Below are positions 1 through 11,601 of a stretch of DNA of 64,000 nt, piece by piece. This DNA comes from Iphione sp. A-MEVVRFRX5 (Eukaryota). The notes beneath the pieces are model-generated. The model made no database searches. It saw nothing but the letters and a program-made list of their open reading frames with translations, and was not told the DNA's origin. A program made the translations under genes and the position numbers. Within the stretch, counting starts at the first letter, position 1. Every line of letters begins with the position of its first letter. The stretch is from NCBI GenBank assembly GCA_976226885.1, contig OZ320313.1, positions 38,440,001 to 38,504,000 of the forward strand. The letters are read 5' to 3'.

Positions 1-3000
1 AGAGAAGGAGGGAAAGGAAGGAAGAAGAAGAAGAAAGGGGAAGAGAGAAGGGAAGGCGAAATCTGTAAGGAAGAAGACTGAGAATGGCTGGGGATGGGTG
101 GCCTAGGGCGTGTCACATGGAGAGCCCGCGTGAATTGGAGAGATAGGGAGACTTTGACAGGGGCACGAACTCGGCATACGGGCAGAAGGCCTCTAAGAAA
201 ACGGTGAATGAAAGGAAAGGAGAGGTAATGAAGGGAGATACACATCTGATAACAATGAGAAAATAGAGTAAGGGGAAACGAAGGGAGGGAATGAAAAAGG
301 AAAGGAAAGGGATGATATAGATATCCATGAGGCTAGAGGTGAATTTGATTGAGAAGTAAGAGAAAATATAGGAGAGAGATATGTCATGTGAGACATAACA
401 GATGAACAGAAACCGAGGCATGGGTTAGACGGTCAGAAGGAGGGGGCGAGAACGATATGGAGAACACAGAACTCCATTCAATGGAAAGTAATCGAGAAAG
501 AATGAAAGAGAGAGAATGCGAGAGAGGGCCAAGCACAGAGACGGAGGCAGACAAAGGTGAGTGACGGAGAAGTGTGAGGTAGAGGTAGAGTGAATCGACT
601 CAGGAGACATTGTACACACATTGTGCTGGAAGCCGCAAAGACGAATAGCCTTGTATAGAGAATGTGATGCTTGACCAAGAAAGTAGAGTATTTAAGCTTG
701 TCTAATGGAGTATAAAGGATGCTTGTGGCCTATTCAAATACCCGTCACACAACCACCTGCCCCATTCTACGGAACTGAACATTTGGAAGCAATGGAAGAA
801 AGGAAAAAGAAAACACGCAGAACACAACTTAACAAGCAGTAAACTTAAACTTGAAGGAACCGCTCATTACAGAACCAGCCGGCGGCGGTTACTTTATGCC
901 CAGTCAGGACCGCCAGAAATTGCGTTGTGATACCTGAGGAGCGGGCACTGTTTGTTCATTGGTCGATTACGATCATGTGACTTGCAGTCAGTCGGCTCTC
1001 CGGGGGATGACGACATTGCGTGATGGACAAAGTAAGGACCTATGGTGCCGTCTATCTCCGTGCTGGAGATAAAAAGAGCCGCCCAGTAAAAGGCCAGTGA
1101 ACTGGCTCCTCGCTGCAGGATAGACGTAGGAGACTGCAATCAGTAGGGAAGTTCGTCGCAATTGTTGGTTTCTTGTCTACAGTTACGCACTATCTAGTGC
1201 ACAGGATTATCTTAGCCTTGTTAATACTGCATACCGCAATGCCAGTCTATGAGGAATGTGTAAACTGTGTTCAAAAAGTACGGTCAAAATTAAACGATCT
1301 TCAAATGTATTTAGATACACTTATTGAGACATATCGATGTGATGCACGGAATTGGAGAAATTGCTCGATACGCCCACCTATTGAAGGACATTACGCAAAT
1401 CACCTTTAATTATAACATTGCAATTTTAAAAAATACATGTACAGCCAATCAAATTGAGCACTGTACATCCAAGTGCTGACAACCCCACCACGGCTGGGAG
1501 ATCTTAGAAGAATGGAGGACACAGTCAGCAGGCTCTTCAACCAAGAAATTTCCCATCGTTGGCCTTGGTGCCTTGCATGCCCATCATGCGATGATCCATG
1601 AGGGCCAGAGCTGAATTGGAATTGTCACGATTAATCCAAGTGCTTCCACTTCAACTCAACTCCCTCTTTTTATCACTCATTCCGCAAGCAATCGCTATTT
1701 AGTTTCCAGCCTACAGGATGTTAGACCGGCACTTAGAGGAGTGGAGCCCGTAGGAGGCTTGTGTAATCGGTTTAGGACTGTTTTCTGTCCGTGGAATTTA
1801 CCCAGACGTCATTTTGCCGATAATACTGATTTAGGCCGTTATTTATGCATTGTGTGTACTGTTTCTGCGATTGTGGTGCTGCTGTCGGTGACGTAAGGAA
1901 TCAATCGTATACGAAACGGGCACATAAAGCCCACTTATAAGCAGTTGACCCTACCCACTTTCACGTCAATGCAGGGACAAATATGAACACAAACGAGTCC
2001 ATTAGGCAGTGACTATTAAAAATTTGAGTCACAGTTACCTTTGTACAGTTGTTTAGTGGATACTTAATTATCAGTAGAACTCGGAGGAAGAAGGCCTGAA
2101 ATTCTCTGCTGAAATACATCACGTAGACAACGACCAGTATATCAGCCAACAACAGCGCGCGAACTCCGTGAATTACTGTGAGGAATACTACATCCTTTTA
2201 AAGAAATTCTTCAGCACATCCTAGACGTTCCTGTCCCTGGTCTCTCTAGTAGCACTGTGGTCGCTCCAGTTGACTTGGTCCCGCCAGATCACTAGACTTT
2301 CGAGAAGCCCTGGGCTCTTTAGTGCCTTTCCGGCGTCATCTTCAGAAGCCCCTGGTCGCTACAGCGTGCCTAATAGTCTCAACAGCACCCCTTGAACACT
2401 CCATTTCCTGTCATTTGTCTGTTTCTAGTCTGTCTAGTCCCATTATCTTCACGTCGGACCATTCTTCACAGTCCTCCTGACTACTCGTCTCTCTAAAAGT
2501 ACCAGTCTCTCCAGCTCTTGTGGTCGCTACGGCTCATGTAGTCTCTTCCAGTTCTTGTGGTCTCTCTGGTTCTGGTGGTATCTGTAGTTCTTGTTGTCTC
2601 TCCAGACCTCCACCCTCTCGCCTCTCCAACCCCTTCCCTGTACAATACCCTGCCTTCCCCAGCTCCCCCAGTCTCCTCGACCACTCCCCAACTACGTTAT
2701 TCACTGTGTACTAAACCTGATTTATTGCAGCCATCTGTATAGCCATCCTTACTGACTATGCATAATAATATCATTTCAGGGTCGGTATGTTGGTGGTCAG
2801 CTTCGCCGACCCCCCTCCCCCCTTATTTATGAAGGCCCCCTACCCACTAAGCACCGTACTGGTCACCATTGTAAAAACTAAACGGTGCATAAAGATAGTT
2901 GCCACCCTCGCACAGAAACACATTGGGCACACGCACATTCACATACACACATTTAATGGTGTTATGTATTGCTTTGCATTTTAGACATAAAGTGTACCGT

Positions 3001-3470
3001 TACATGCATATTACTCATTCATAGAGATATAATTATGCATGAAGAATAGGTTGTATTATTATCACGTGCATCACGTACTAAGCAGTCCATGGTCCATCCT
3101 TTAAAGAACAAGCCAGTATCTATACACACAGAACACAATATAAATGTAACATTAGATCTTTTAAATGAACTTCTTCTGAACCGACTAGATGCACATACAA
3201 ACACTACACACTGACACACCGGATACTGACACGAATACACACGTACCTGCCATGTTCTACACATACGATTCACCAACCCTCCCCCCGCCACTGTCTCTCT
3301 TTGTGCGACCCTGGGTCTTCGGCCATTCCGAAGTTATCATCCAACACAAAGCAAATCTATATCACTGTTCGCCTGGGGAACTATAAAACCTGGCATTTTG
3401 TGATCAGGACAGAGGCTTGTGGTCTGCCTGCGGTCCCAGCACCCAGTCGTCCACTGGTCGTATATTGAAG

Positions 3471-3590
3471 TCATATGAATGTGTACAAGGTTATAAAGCG
3501 ACCCTTAGCCATAGGCATCCGATGCATTTTGCTGATGCATTTATGGTCGTGCTGATGGACTGAATGACCATGTATATCACCTGTGAATGC
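3471..3590 (-). pseudogene. Possible decayed tyrosine-recombinase C-terminal relic (DIRS/Ngaro-like)
   Basis: Minus strand reads GGT CAT TCA GTC C ATC AGC ACG ACC ATA AAT GCA TCA GCA AAA TGC ATC ... GGT CGC TTT ATA ACC TTG TAC ACA TTC ATA TGA. With indels this gives GHS.ISTTINASAKCI...GR....YTFI*, loosely like YR box II (GHSFRIGAAT...GRW.S.AY..YIR). Indels are needed, so the match is weak. Confidence 0.3.
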
Positions 3591-3902
3591 CCTCAGTTAT
3601 GACAGCTGTTCTTGCCTAAACTTGGGTACTTTGGGGCTTATAAATGTGTGGTGGCATTGATGTTATCCATTGAAACGAGCTGTAGCGCTACGGAGAGCGC
3701 TGAGGGACAACATGAGGTGGGCATTTGGGGTCAGTTTGGGCAGCTTGCTGGCCTGCTATAAGTTGATATACGTAGCTGTTCTGACTGGTAACGGTAAATA
3801 CGAAGCCAGGGCCTGCCGAAGGGATAGAAACATATCAAGAGGAACAGATACCAAGGGAGATGAAGATAACGGCACAGGCACATGGCGAGATACAGAGACA
3901 GG

Positions 3903-4057
3903 NNNNNNNNNNNNNNNNNNNNNNNNNNNNNNNNNNNNNNNNNNNNNNNNNNNNNNNNNNNNNNNNNNNNNNNNNNNNNNNNNNNNNNNNNNNNNNNNNN
4001 NNNNNNNNNNNNNNNNNNNNNNNNNNNNNNNNNNNNNNNNNNNNNNNNNNNNNNNNN
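3903..4057. other. Assembly gap (155 N)
   Basis: Run of N in the sequence. Confidence 1.
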
Positions 4058-6030
4058 CACAGTGCACCAAACAAATTTCATTTGCAGGATGGCATAAAAT
4101 CCAGGTTTGCAGGATTAGGAGACACTGCGTAACTGTTTAGAAGCACAAACTAATTTACCTTAACTTACATGGTATCTTCAAATTACCGTTAAAATGTATG
4201 GAGTTGCAAAGATCTTAATATCTAGATAAACATTGACATTAATGTCGAAACTATTATTTAATCTTTGAAATTGAAAAGGGCATTTATTATTGGTACATTC
4301 AAAAATAACCATTAATGCAAAAATAAAACAAGGCCCCCTCAAAACGAAATGTTCATGAAATGTTTTATGTCGGTTTTCCAGCCAAGTCATCAAATCGCCG
4401 GCCTCACTTTTAAGTCGTTTTTGACAGCGCTTACCGTGCCCTTGAGGGGCCGGGCCGGGCACGCAATCCCTCCCATTAGTGGTTTTTGTAGCTTCTTCAA
4501 CGTTGAAGATTTAAAAGTACTTTGGGTGGTTAACACCGTCTCCTTCCTTTCCCCTCGGCCGGGTCGTACATTCGCACCCTGTCCGGCCCGCAGCCACAGA
4601 CCTATCTCCCGAGAGGGTCGTTTCTGTCTGGCCCTGACACGTGCTGCTGCGGGGGCTGTCCTTTTCCAGCTCTCCCCCACCTCCTTCTTCTTACACCATG
4701 CTTCTCCACGTCACACCCTGTCCCTATCGGGTATATATGACAGTCACCACCGAAACCGGATAATTCGTCAGAACTTTCCGTACAACAAACTTCGGTGTTG
4801 TAAAAATGGTTTAGTTACTCCCGTAGTTGCCGCCAATAACAGAATCCTCTCATTCTTTTTTTTCATGTTATTTTGTTCCGCCCATAGCACTTGGCTTCAC
4901 GTCTTGATATGCAGTCTACTAGGAAAATATACAATGTAGAATACACCCTGAACATTCCTGACTACCTTTTCAAGTCCGATGCTGTGTACTGATGGTTTGT
5001 AATACAGGCAGTGTTTTTTTACTCTCAAGTCACAACTCATATTTTTTATGAGGTTTTCAAGGCTCACCATCAACGATTTAAACACATGGTTTTAGCCTCA
5101 TACCCGATTGTGGGACCCATATTGCTTATTTATAAGCGTAGCAGGTATCCAGAGTCGCTTTGTCCTGTGGCCTGTTATGCGCTGAACGGTGTCTTTCTCT
5201 TGATTGGTGACACTGCTAGGGAATTGAGAAACGCCAGGCAGTTTCTGCCAACTTCGTATTGGCCGCTTGGGAGTGACTCTTCCGCGCGTGGAGGCGTGAT
5301 AGCATTAGTGTGGTACACTTCCGGTTTAAAGGTTGATACCTTGATTGATACCCTACCAGTTGTCATCTTGTTCCCCGCAATGTATGACATTTTGGTTACT
5401 TGCATTTTGCTGTGTATGTTTGTCATGTTTATACCATAGAAAGCCATAAACATACACAATGAATTCATACACAGGACAACAGTGGCGACCGTTATTAAAC
5501 AAAAAAGGTGTAGAATACGTGCAAAGCTTTGTTTGGTTTGAATCGATTACCTCTGAGTTTTCAGTTCAGAAAGTCCGCATTTGTGCTCTGTAATGTGAGA
5601 GAATCCTCAAAACGTGCTGTAAATCGACGTAGACGGTGAGAGCGGCCGCCATTAAAGTGGAGAGTGTTACTTTCAGTAAATACCAACAAAGCCATAAATA
5701 AAGCAGCACTTGGCTGGGTTGAATATATTAAAACCATCCTGGAAGGCTGTGAAATATGGGCCCGTCATATCATACGCCTCCCTCACTCTAAATAATGTTT
5801 TCATGCCCGGGAGAGTACTGTTAGGCGTCCAATGACTCATAGGCTGGAAACACTTTGACTTTAAAAGCTGTAATGAAGTGGGGATGGTGTAGTATAGCTA
5901 TTATTGGAGCACTGCCAACAGTGGTTCCTGAAGGACTCCGTCTGTTGCAAGCTGAACTATTTTCCCTTTATGTTATTTTCTCTTTCCAATATAAAAAAGA
6001 TATTTCGCTCCTCATCAGCTCAGACACTTA

Positions 6031-6306
6031 GGGCCTGTTCACATGTAGCCTGACAAAAAGTCCGTCCGCGGACACAGACACTGATAATCCCCTTGTAGAG
6101 AACGTCAGAAAATTAGTTCTGTATGGTCTGCAGCTGTTTCTTAACCATTGTGTCTATGGGAATTCATGTCCATGTGCAGACCAAACCCATCCCAGATGGT
6201 TAGACATCCACACCCATGTGAGTACAACAGTAAGCTAGGGGTGGGAGAAAATCCGCACCTGTGTGCGGACGCGGAACTGAAAATCGGGATGGATGTGAAT
6301 GGTGCC
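6031..6306. mobile_element. PIF/Harbinger-like MITE (276 bp)
   Basis: TTA on both sides (6028-6030, 6307-6309). Imperfect TIRs GGGCCTGTTCACAT and, as reverse complement, GGCACCATTCACAT (10/14). Inverted subterminal motifs ccgtccgcggacacag and ctgtgtgcggacgcgg. No coding capacity. Confidence 0.55.
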
Positions 6307-9300
6307 TTAGACAGATTGAAATGTTGGATCACTAAGAATACTGATAATCCATAATGTATATAGTATCAGGATCATTTATGTACTGCGGGCAAGGGTCAGA
6401 CTGTTTACGAGTTCCAGACGTCGCAGACGTGTTTCATTCCTTCTTCAATCTCTCCTTAATCCACCGCCCAACCATTAAAGACGTAAGTGTCATAAAGTTA
6501 TTTATACACATCCATAAAACGTTGAACACTAACAGCCTAACAGAAGGTCCGACATAAAAAGCCTGTATTAATGTAATAATCTATAAAGCTAGCTGGCTGC
6601 TAGTAATTATAAAGACACATGGTTGTTCATTTATCTTGATCTTGTTTAATAGCACTATTCCTTGTAAAAGAAAGCTCTTTAACGCAGAAGCAGAATATCC
6701 ATGTTATGTCCATTATGAAATGGAAATTTTTATTTAAGCAGCAAGCCATATTGAAGACAAGTAGGTGGGAAATAACTTTCAAAATCTTGTAAAAGAACAA
6801 CCTGTTTTACTCTACTCCATCATTCATCTAGTTTCTTCTGTTATTCTTGAATTGACAATTTGATGCATCCACAACGAAAAACCACTTACATATGAGAAAG
6901 AACATTGGAGATGCACACGGCCGTGGACAGTTGACAAGACGCAGTCAGTCTGGTTCCGGGTGATGGCAGTGTCGGAGGTGATGGCCGAATTACAAGCATT
7001 TCATGGGTGCCCATGTCAGTGTCTGCCCATTAGCTCACAGTATATAGGCACATCATGCCTGCCCTCTGTCGGTCAAAATGGTCGGCGCATGCGTAGTGCA
7101 CACAGCACAGCCAGCCCTAATGGAGTCTTTTAATAGGCGTCCACCATTTCTTGCCTGCCACCCGCGCAGCCACTTCTCCTACGGGTGAAGGTGCCACAAT
7201 GCCAGGGAAACCCTGACTCTGCCTAACAACACCTCCACTCAAACACATACGCCCGCACACACATGCGCGAGGAGGGATATGTAGTAGCAGAGTTGTACAT
7301 CGACGACATCAGTCCCACTACAGTTTACTTGGTAACACCCACACGAACACACTCTAACACACAGACACGCACAAAGGGAACCCACCATCCAAACACGTGA
7401 TCACGAACCCTTATTGGTTGGCATGACAACAAGTTGGACTGGCGTCCTGACGAAAACGAGGCCGGACGCACCCGAAGGGCGAGCATTACTGGGCGGCGGC
7501 AGAGAAAGGACTAGCGACCATTAAGGTCATTACTGGGGTCATCAAACGCCCCTTGCTGGTTGACATGGCAACAACTAGGGCAGCGAAAGGCAGCGGAGGC
7601 GGCTGGTGGATAGGTTGACCGGGTGAAGGTGTCAGGAACGTTTCTCTCCGTGTTTGACACCCCGCGGGAATCACGTGCCTCTTGTCAGCTAAACCTCTTC
7701 ATATCACACTACACTGATACTGAATTCATAACTCCCCATACATGGCATATACGGTACTAAGAACTGCATGGCATCTTCATCTATAGTCTAGAGCAATGGG
7801 TCGTATGTGCACGGAGCAATTGCCACTCCAAGAAGCACAAATCTGACAGTTCCTCCAGTTAAAAGAAAGGATGCTTTTTGTGAAACAAACTATAGAAGTG
7901 ATAAGAAACTTAACATTTTCTATTTTCCTCTTAGCTTTCCGAAACTCACCTAAACATACATATTGAAAAACAAGTGCTAACACTTTTGCCCAACATTGGC
8001 TTTAAATACACTGCACATATTCGAAAAAAAAACTAGCAATGCCGTTTTCAGGGAAAGATGAATGCTTCTGGTGTGTACGAGTATAGGTCGAGCCAATGCA
8101 GTTAATACCAGCTTAGTGAACGTGCTCATAATTTAAAAAGTGCATTTACTATTAAAGTATCATGCAGATACATAATGGAACTTGACAGTGCACTGAATCT
8201 TCATTCTGGTCCAGAGTAGTAGCTACTCCCAAAAGACCTCCTCTGCCTGATTTGTACTCCAGACAAACTTTCCTCTGCTATAAATAGTATACGGTGTTCT
8301 GGGTAATGGCCAAAAACTGTAAGTAGTATAGGGGCTAATTTGGTGTCATTACAAAATGAAACGGTTTGCACTGGAACTAAGACTGTGACCTTTACACTGA
8401 AGGGTTTGTATATTATTGAGTACAGTCGGGCCAGACGTCTCAGGTGCTATCTAACTTACGCTGTCCCCGGTCAACCCATGACTATCGCCCATGTAGCCGT
8501 TTTATCCTCTTTAGTGTCTAGTCCTTTATAGTCTACGAACTCTATGCGGAGCTTAGAAAAGGCCTCCATCAGATTTTCCTACACTCTCTCAGCTTGATCC
8601 AACTGTCCCGTGCCTTCCTATCTTATTCTAGCATGCCACAGCTGTCCCTGTCCTGCTGCAGTCTATCTCAGCCTCCCCAGCCTCCTCAGCGCGCCCTATA
8701 GTTTCTCCCAGCCTCCTCTACATGAAACGGTGAAGGAAATGAAATTAGTAAATGGACGGCAGCTGAACTTACCGAATTAATCTCTCCACATAGCAGCATT
8801 TTTCATAGAAGACGTATGTCTGATTAGGGTTTGGCCAATCGTATCCTACCTGTTCTAACATCCCTCACTATCACAGGTAGGTGTCCTTCATCTCACTCTC
8901 TGAGGTAATTGAAAGTGTCACTGAGGAGGTTGTGTGGGGTGCGATCGTGCCGAACCTTCCTCCTTTTTGCCCAGTGAAGTTCACTTTTTTTATTCCTACA
9001 AGACACACCATCCTAAGCCCCAAACCCGACTGATATATTATACCTGTTTATATCGTCGTAGCTGCCTACATAGATGGATTGGCATTTGGCTATTTAATTT
9101 GCAAAACCCAATGATGCAGGACATTGCTGGTGGATGGGTGGACCTGTCTTTTAGAAGGATATCTCGTGTGGGTGCACTACCGCAAAATAATATGCGGCCC
9201 ATATGCTCTGTCTTTCTGTCTGTCCATGGATAGTTCTATGTCTGGACGGGTCAGTCTCTTATTGGATCGGTTTCTGGGCAGTGAATGGTTGTTCATCATC

Positions 9301-11263
9301 TGGTTGTATCTGTCCATAGATTGAATTGCCTTCCTTGCTGAGTCTGGATTGGAGAATTGATAATTTTTGTACAAAGTGTTGTCTTCTTGTGCGTCTCACT
9401 TGTCTGGCTATTAAATCTACCGTTCTCTCCTTAATTAATCCAAGTCCTGAACCTGGCATTGTACCATTGTTCCTCCTCCATTTTCTCCACACCCTCCGCT
9501 CCACAGTCCCTTCTGTCATCCCCCTAATTCCATTGCTTGCTACTATTGCAGAGAACACTCCCCTCAACTACTCAACTTTCCAGCACTATTCCTCTCCATC
9601 TCCCTAGGCCCTAAACCCTTGACATACTGGTCACCTAACGCTATGGTTTCTTTTTGTCTCTGCATTCCCCACCCGCCCATCCGGCCTCCCCTGCGTCCAT
9701 CCATCCTCCCGAACCACCTGCAAGTCATGTCACCTAAGACCTATAGGTGAGCTCTGGCACTCCCAGGGGGTAACCCCCTTCCCCACCCCTCCCCCACCCA
9801 CCACTACCACTTCAGCAATAGCCATGACACATCAGCTCAGGCCCAGGCACTGTCCCGCGCCAGGCATTGTGGGCCGTCTGGCATTGACCAATCACCGTCG
9901 AGGCCGTGAATGCTGTGGAGGGTGGAGGTGACTTCCTAAACTGATCTCAGCTCAGACTGCCTCTAGCGGCAACTCAGGGGCTCTGTCACTTGAATAACGG
10001 TGACCATGATGGCTTGTGAATAGCCTGCTACCAATTACAAGCTATCGTGGCACAGAGAAATAGCGGATCTGAGTCACAATATGTGACAGATCTTTATCAT
10101 ACTATTTTATCAATCCATTGATGTTAGGAAACTGGGACATTGGCAATGATAGGATTTTTTTTCACAAAATAATTACAACTCTGAAATTGTATCTCAACTG
10201 AATTCAAATCAACGGAATTTTATTAATCTCCGACCATCCCCCCAATAGTGCCTTTTCACAGCACAGATATTGTATGAGGAAGTACAGGAAGGCGTATCTT
10301 AAACTGCACGGAGATTGTGCATGCCACTAGTTACTCGGCTGGAATTCTGCGTGGCCCACCCTCCTCCATCGATGCAGGTAATTCCGAGCAGATTAGTCTA
10401 AAAAAACTTCTACCTAGGTACCCCCTGCACCCTATACATGACGTAGTCTATTTACCTTCACGAAGGAAAGAACGTTACTTGGAAGACTTCCAATCTTGGA
10501 ACTTGCAGGAGTAACGACCAATAAAACGTCTTCTCGTTAGGCGTTTTCTGCAATGCCGCGAGGGGGGCCGTAATCACGTGTTCTTCCATATAAGGAAAGA
10601 CAAGGCGCTCTCCTCTACGTGACTAAGGAAGTAACGCGCGGACGTGATTCTGCACCCCACTCCATATTATAACACATGCTACGTAATGTCAGCGTTGTCA
10701 TTTGTGTGTTAAACAATGATTGTATTGTTCGGAAGAATTCCTTCTAATTGTCTCGTAAAGTAAAGTATTTCACATTTAGTTTGGTATGAACAAATTTACC
10801 CTATACTACTGTGTTAATATGCCTTCTTCTCGTGTGGAGGATCGGAAGCTGCAGTGCTAAGGATTACCCGAGACCCCTTCTGGGGTGGTGCCGAGAAGAG
10901 ATGGCCCCAGACTCCAAATACTGAATTTAGCACTATGAGGACTATCATGCGTTCAGGTAGAGGTTGTAACTGCCTGCTGTTAGATGGTCCCAAGTAGAGG
11001 TCAATGCTCTGAACTTGAAATCTGTTGATCACAAATCCTGCCAACTGAGCCAACTGTTCTTGTAGCACTTTGGCGGTCTGCTAGCTTCAGCTGCTATCTA
11101 GCGAGCCTGAACTCTGCCATGTTGAAACTGCAGCATGCCGGCTACGGGCAGTTGTGGAAGGCGGAGGAAAGCTGATGGGAAAGCCGTGTTCACGTGACCA
11201 CCGCTGGATGTATTACCTTCTTCAGCCCTTGTCATTATTGACCGCTTGGTCAGAAGTCACCAC

Positions 11264-11322
11264 TGCTCAGTGGTACAGCACCGGGCCCTCTAATTTAAAG
11301 GTCAATGGTTCGGATCTCGGCC
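11264..11322 (+). repeat. Degenerate tRNA-derived SINE head
   Basis: A-box-like TGCTCAGTGG (11264-11273) and B-box-like GGTTCGGATCTC (11307-11318) at tRNA-like spacing. No intact cloverleaf. Confidence 0.35.
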
Positions 11323-11544
11323 TGAGTAAATTGGGTTTGCGTTCTTAACATCGATTTCCTCTGAATATAGACTTGACATATGTGTCACCTGGACTCTTTG
11401 TCTTGCCTGAAGTTGTCCGTGACCACAGGGATCAGGGGTCTGAGTGACCTTTGCACGAATCTAAAGATAACCCTTTTGATTAGGATTTGCCCTAAAGCGG
11501 TACCAAGAAACAGAAGGTACCTGAATGACTATGAAATCATATTT

Positions 11545-11601
11545 CAAAAACAAAAATGAAATTTATAGCAAAAACAAAAATGAAATTTATAGCAAAAACA
11601 A
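11545..11601. repeat. 24-bp tandem repeat (2.4 copies)
   Basis: CAAAAACAAAAATGAAATTTATAG twice plus a partial copy. Confidence 0.95.

Noticed and set aside
3670-4140. ORFs spanning 3670-4140
   Set aside because: Artefacts of translating through the N gap.
4349-5439. ORFs 4349-4939 (196 aa) and 5011-5439 (142 aa)
   Set aside because: No recognisable domain or splice structure; they lie in GC-rich, repeat-like sequence.
11545-11601. CRISPR-like array
   Set aside because: Head-to-tail tandem copies without spacers, in eukaryotic context, with no cas genes.
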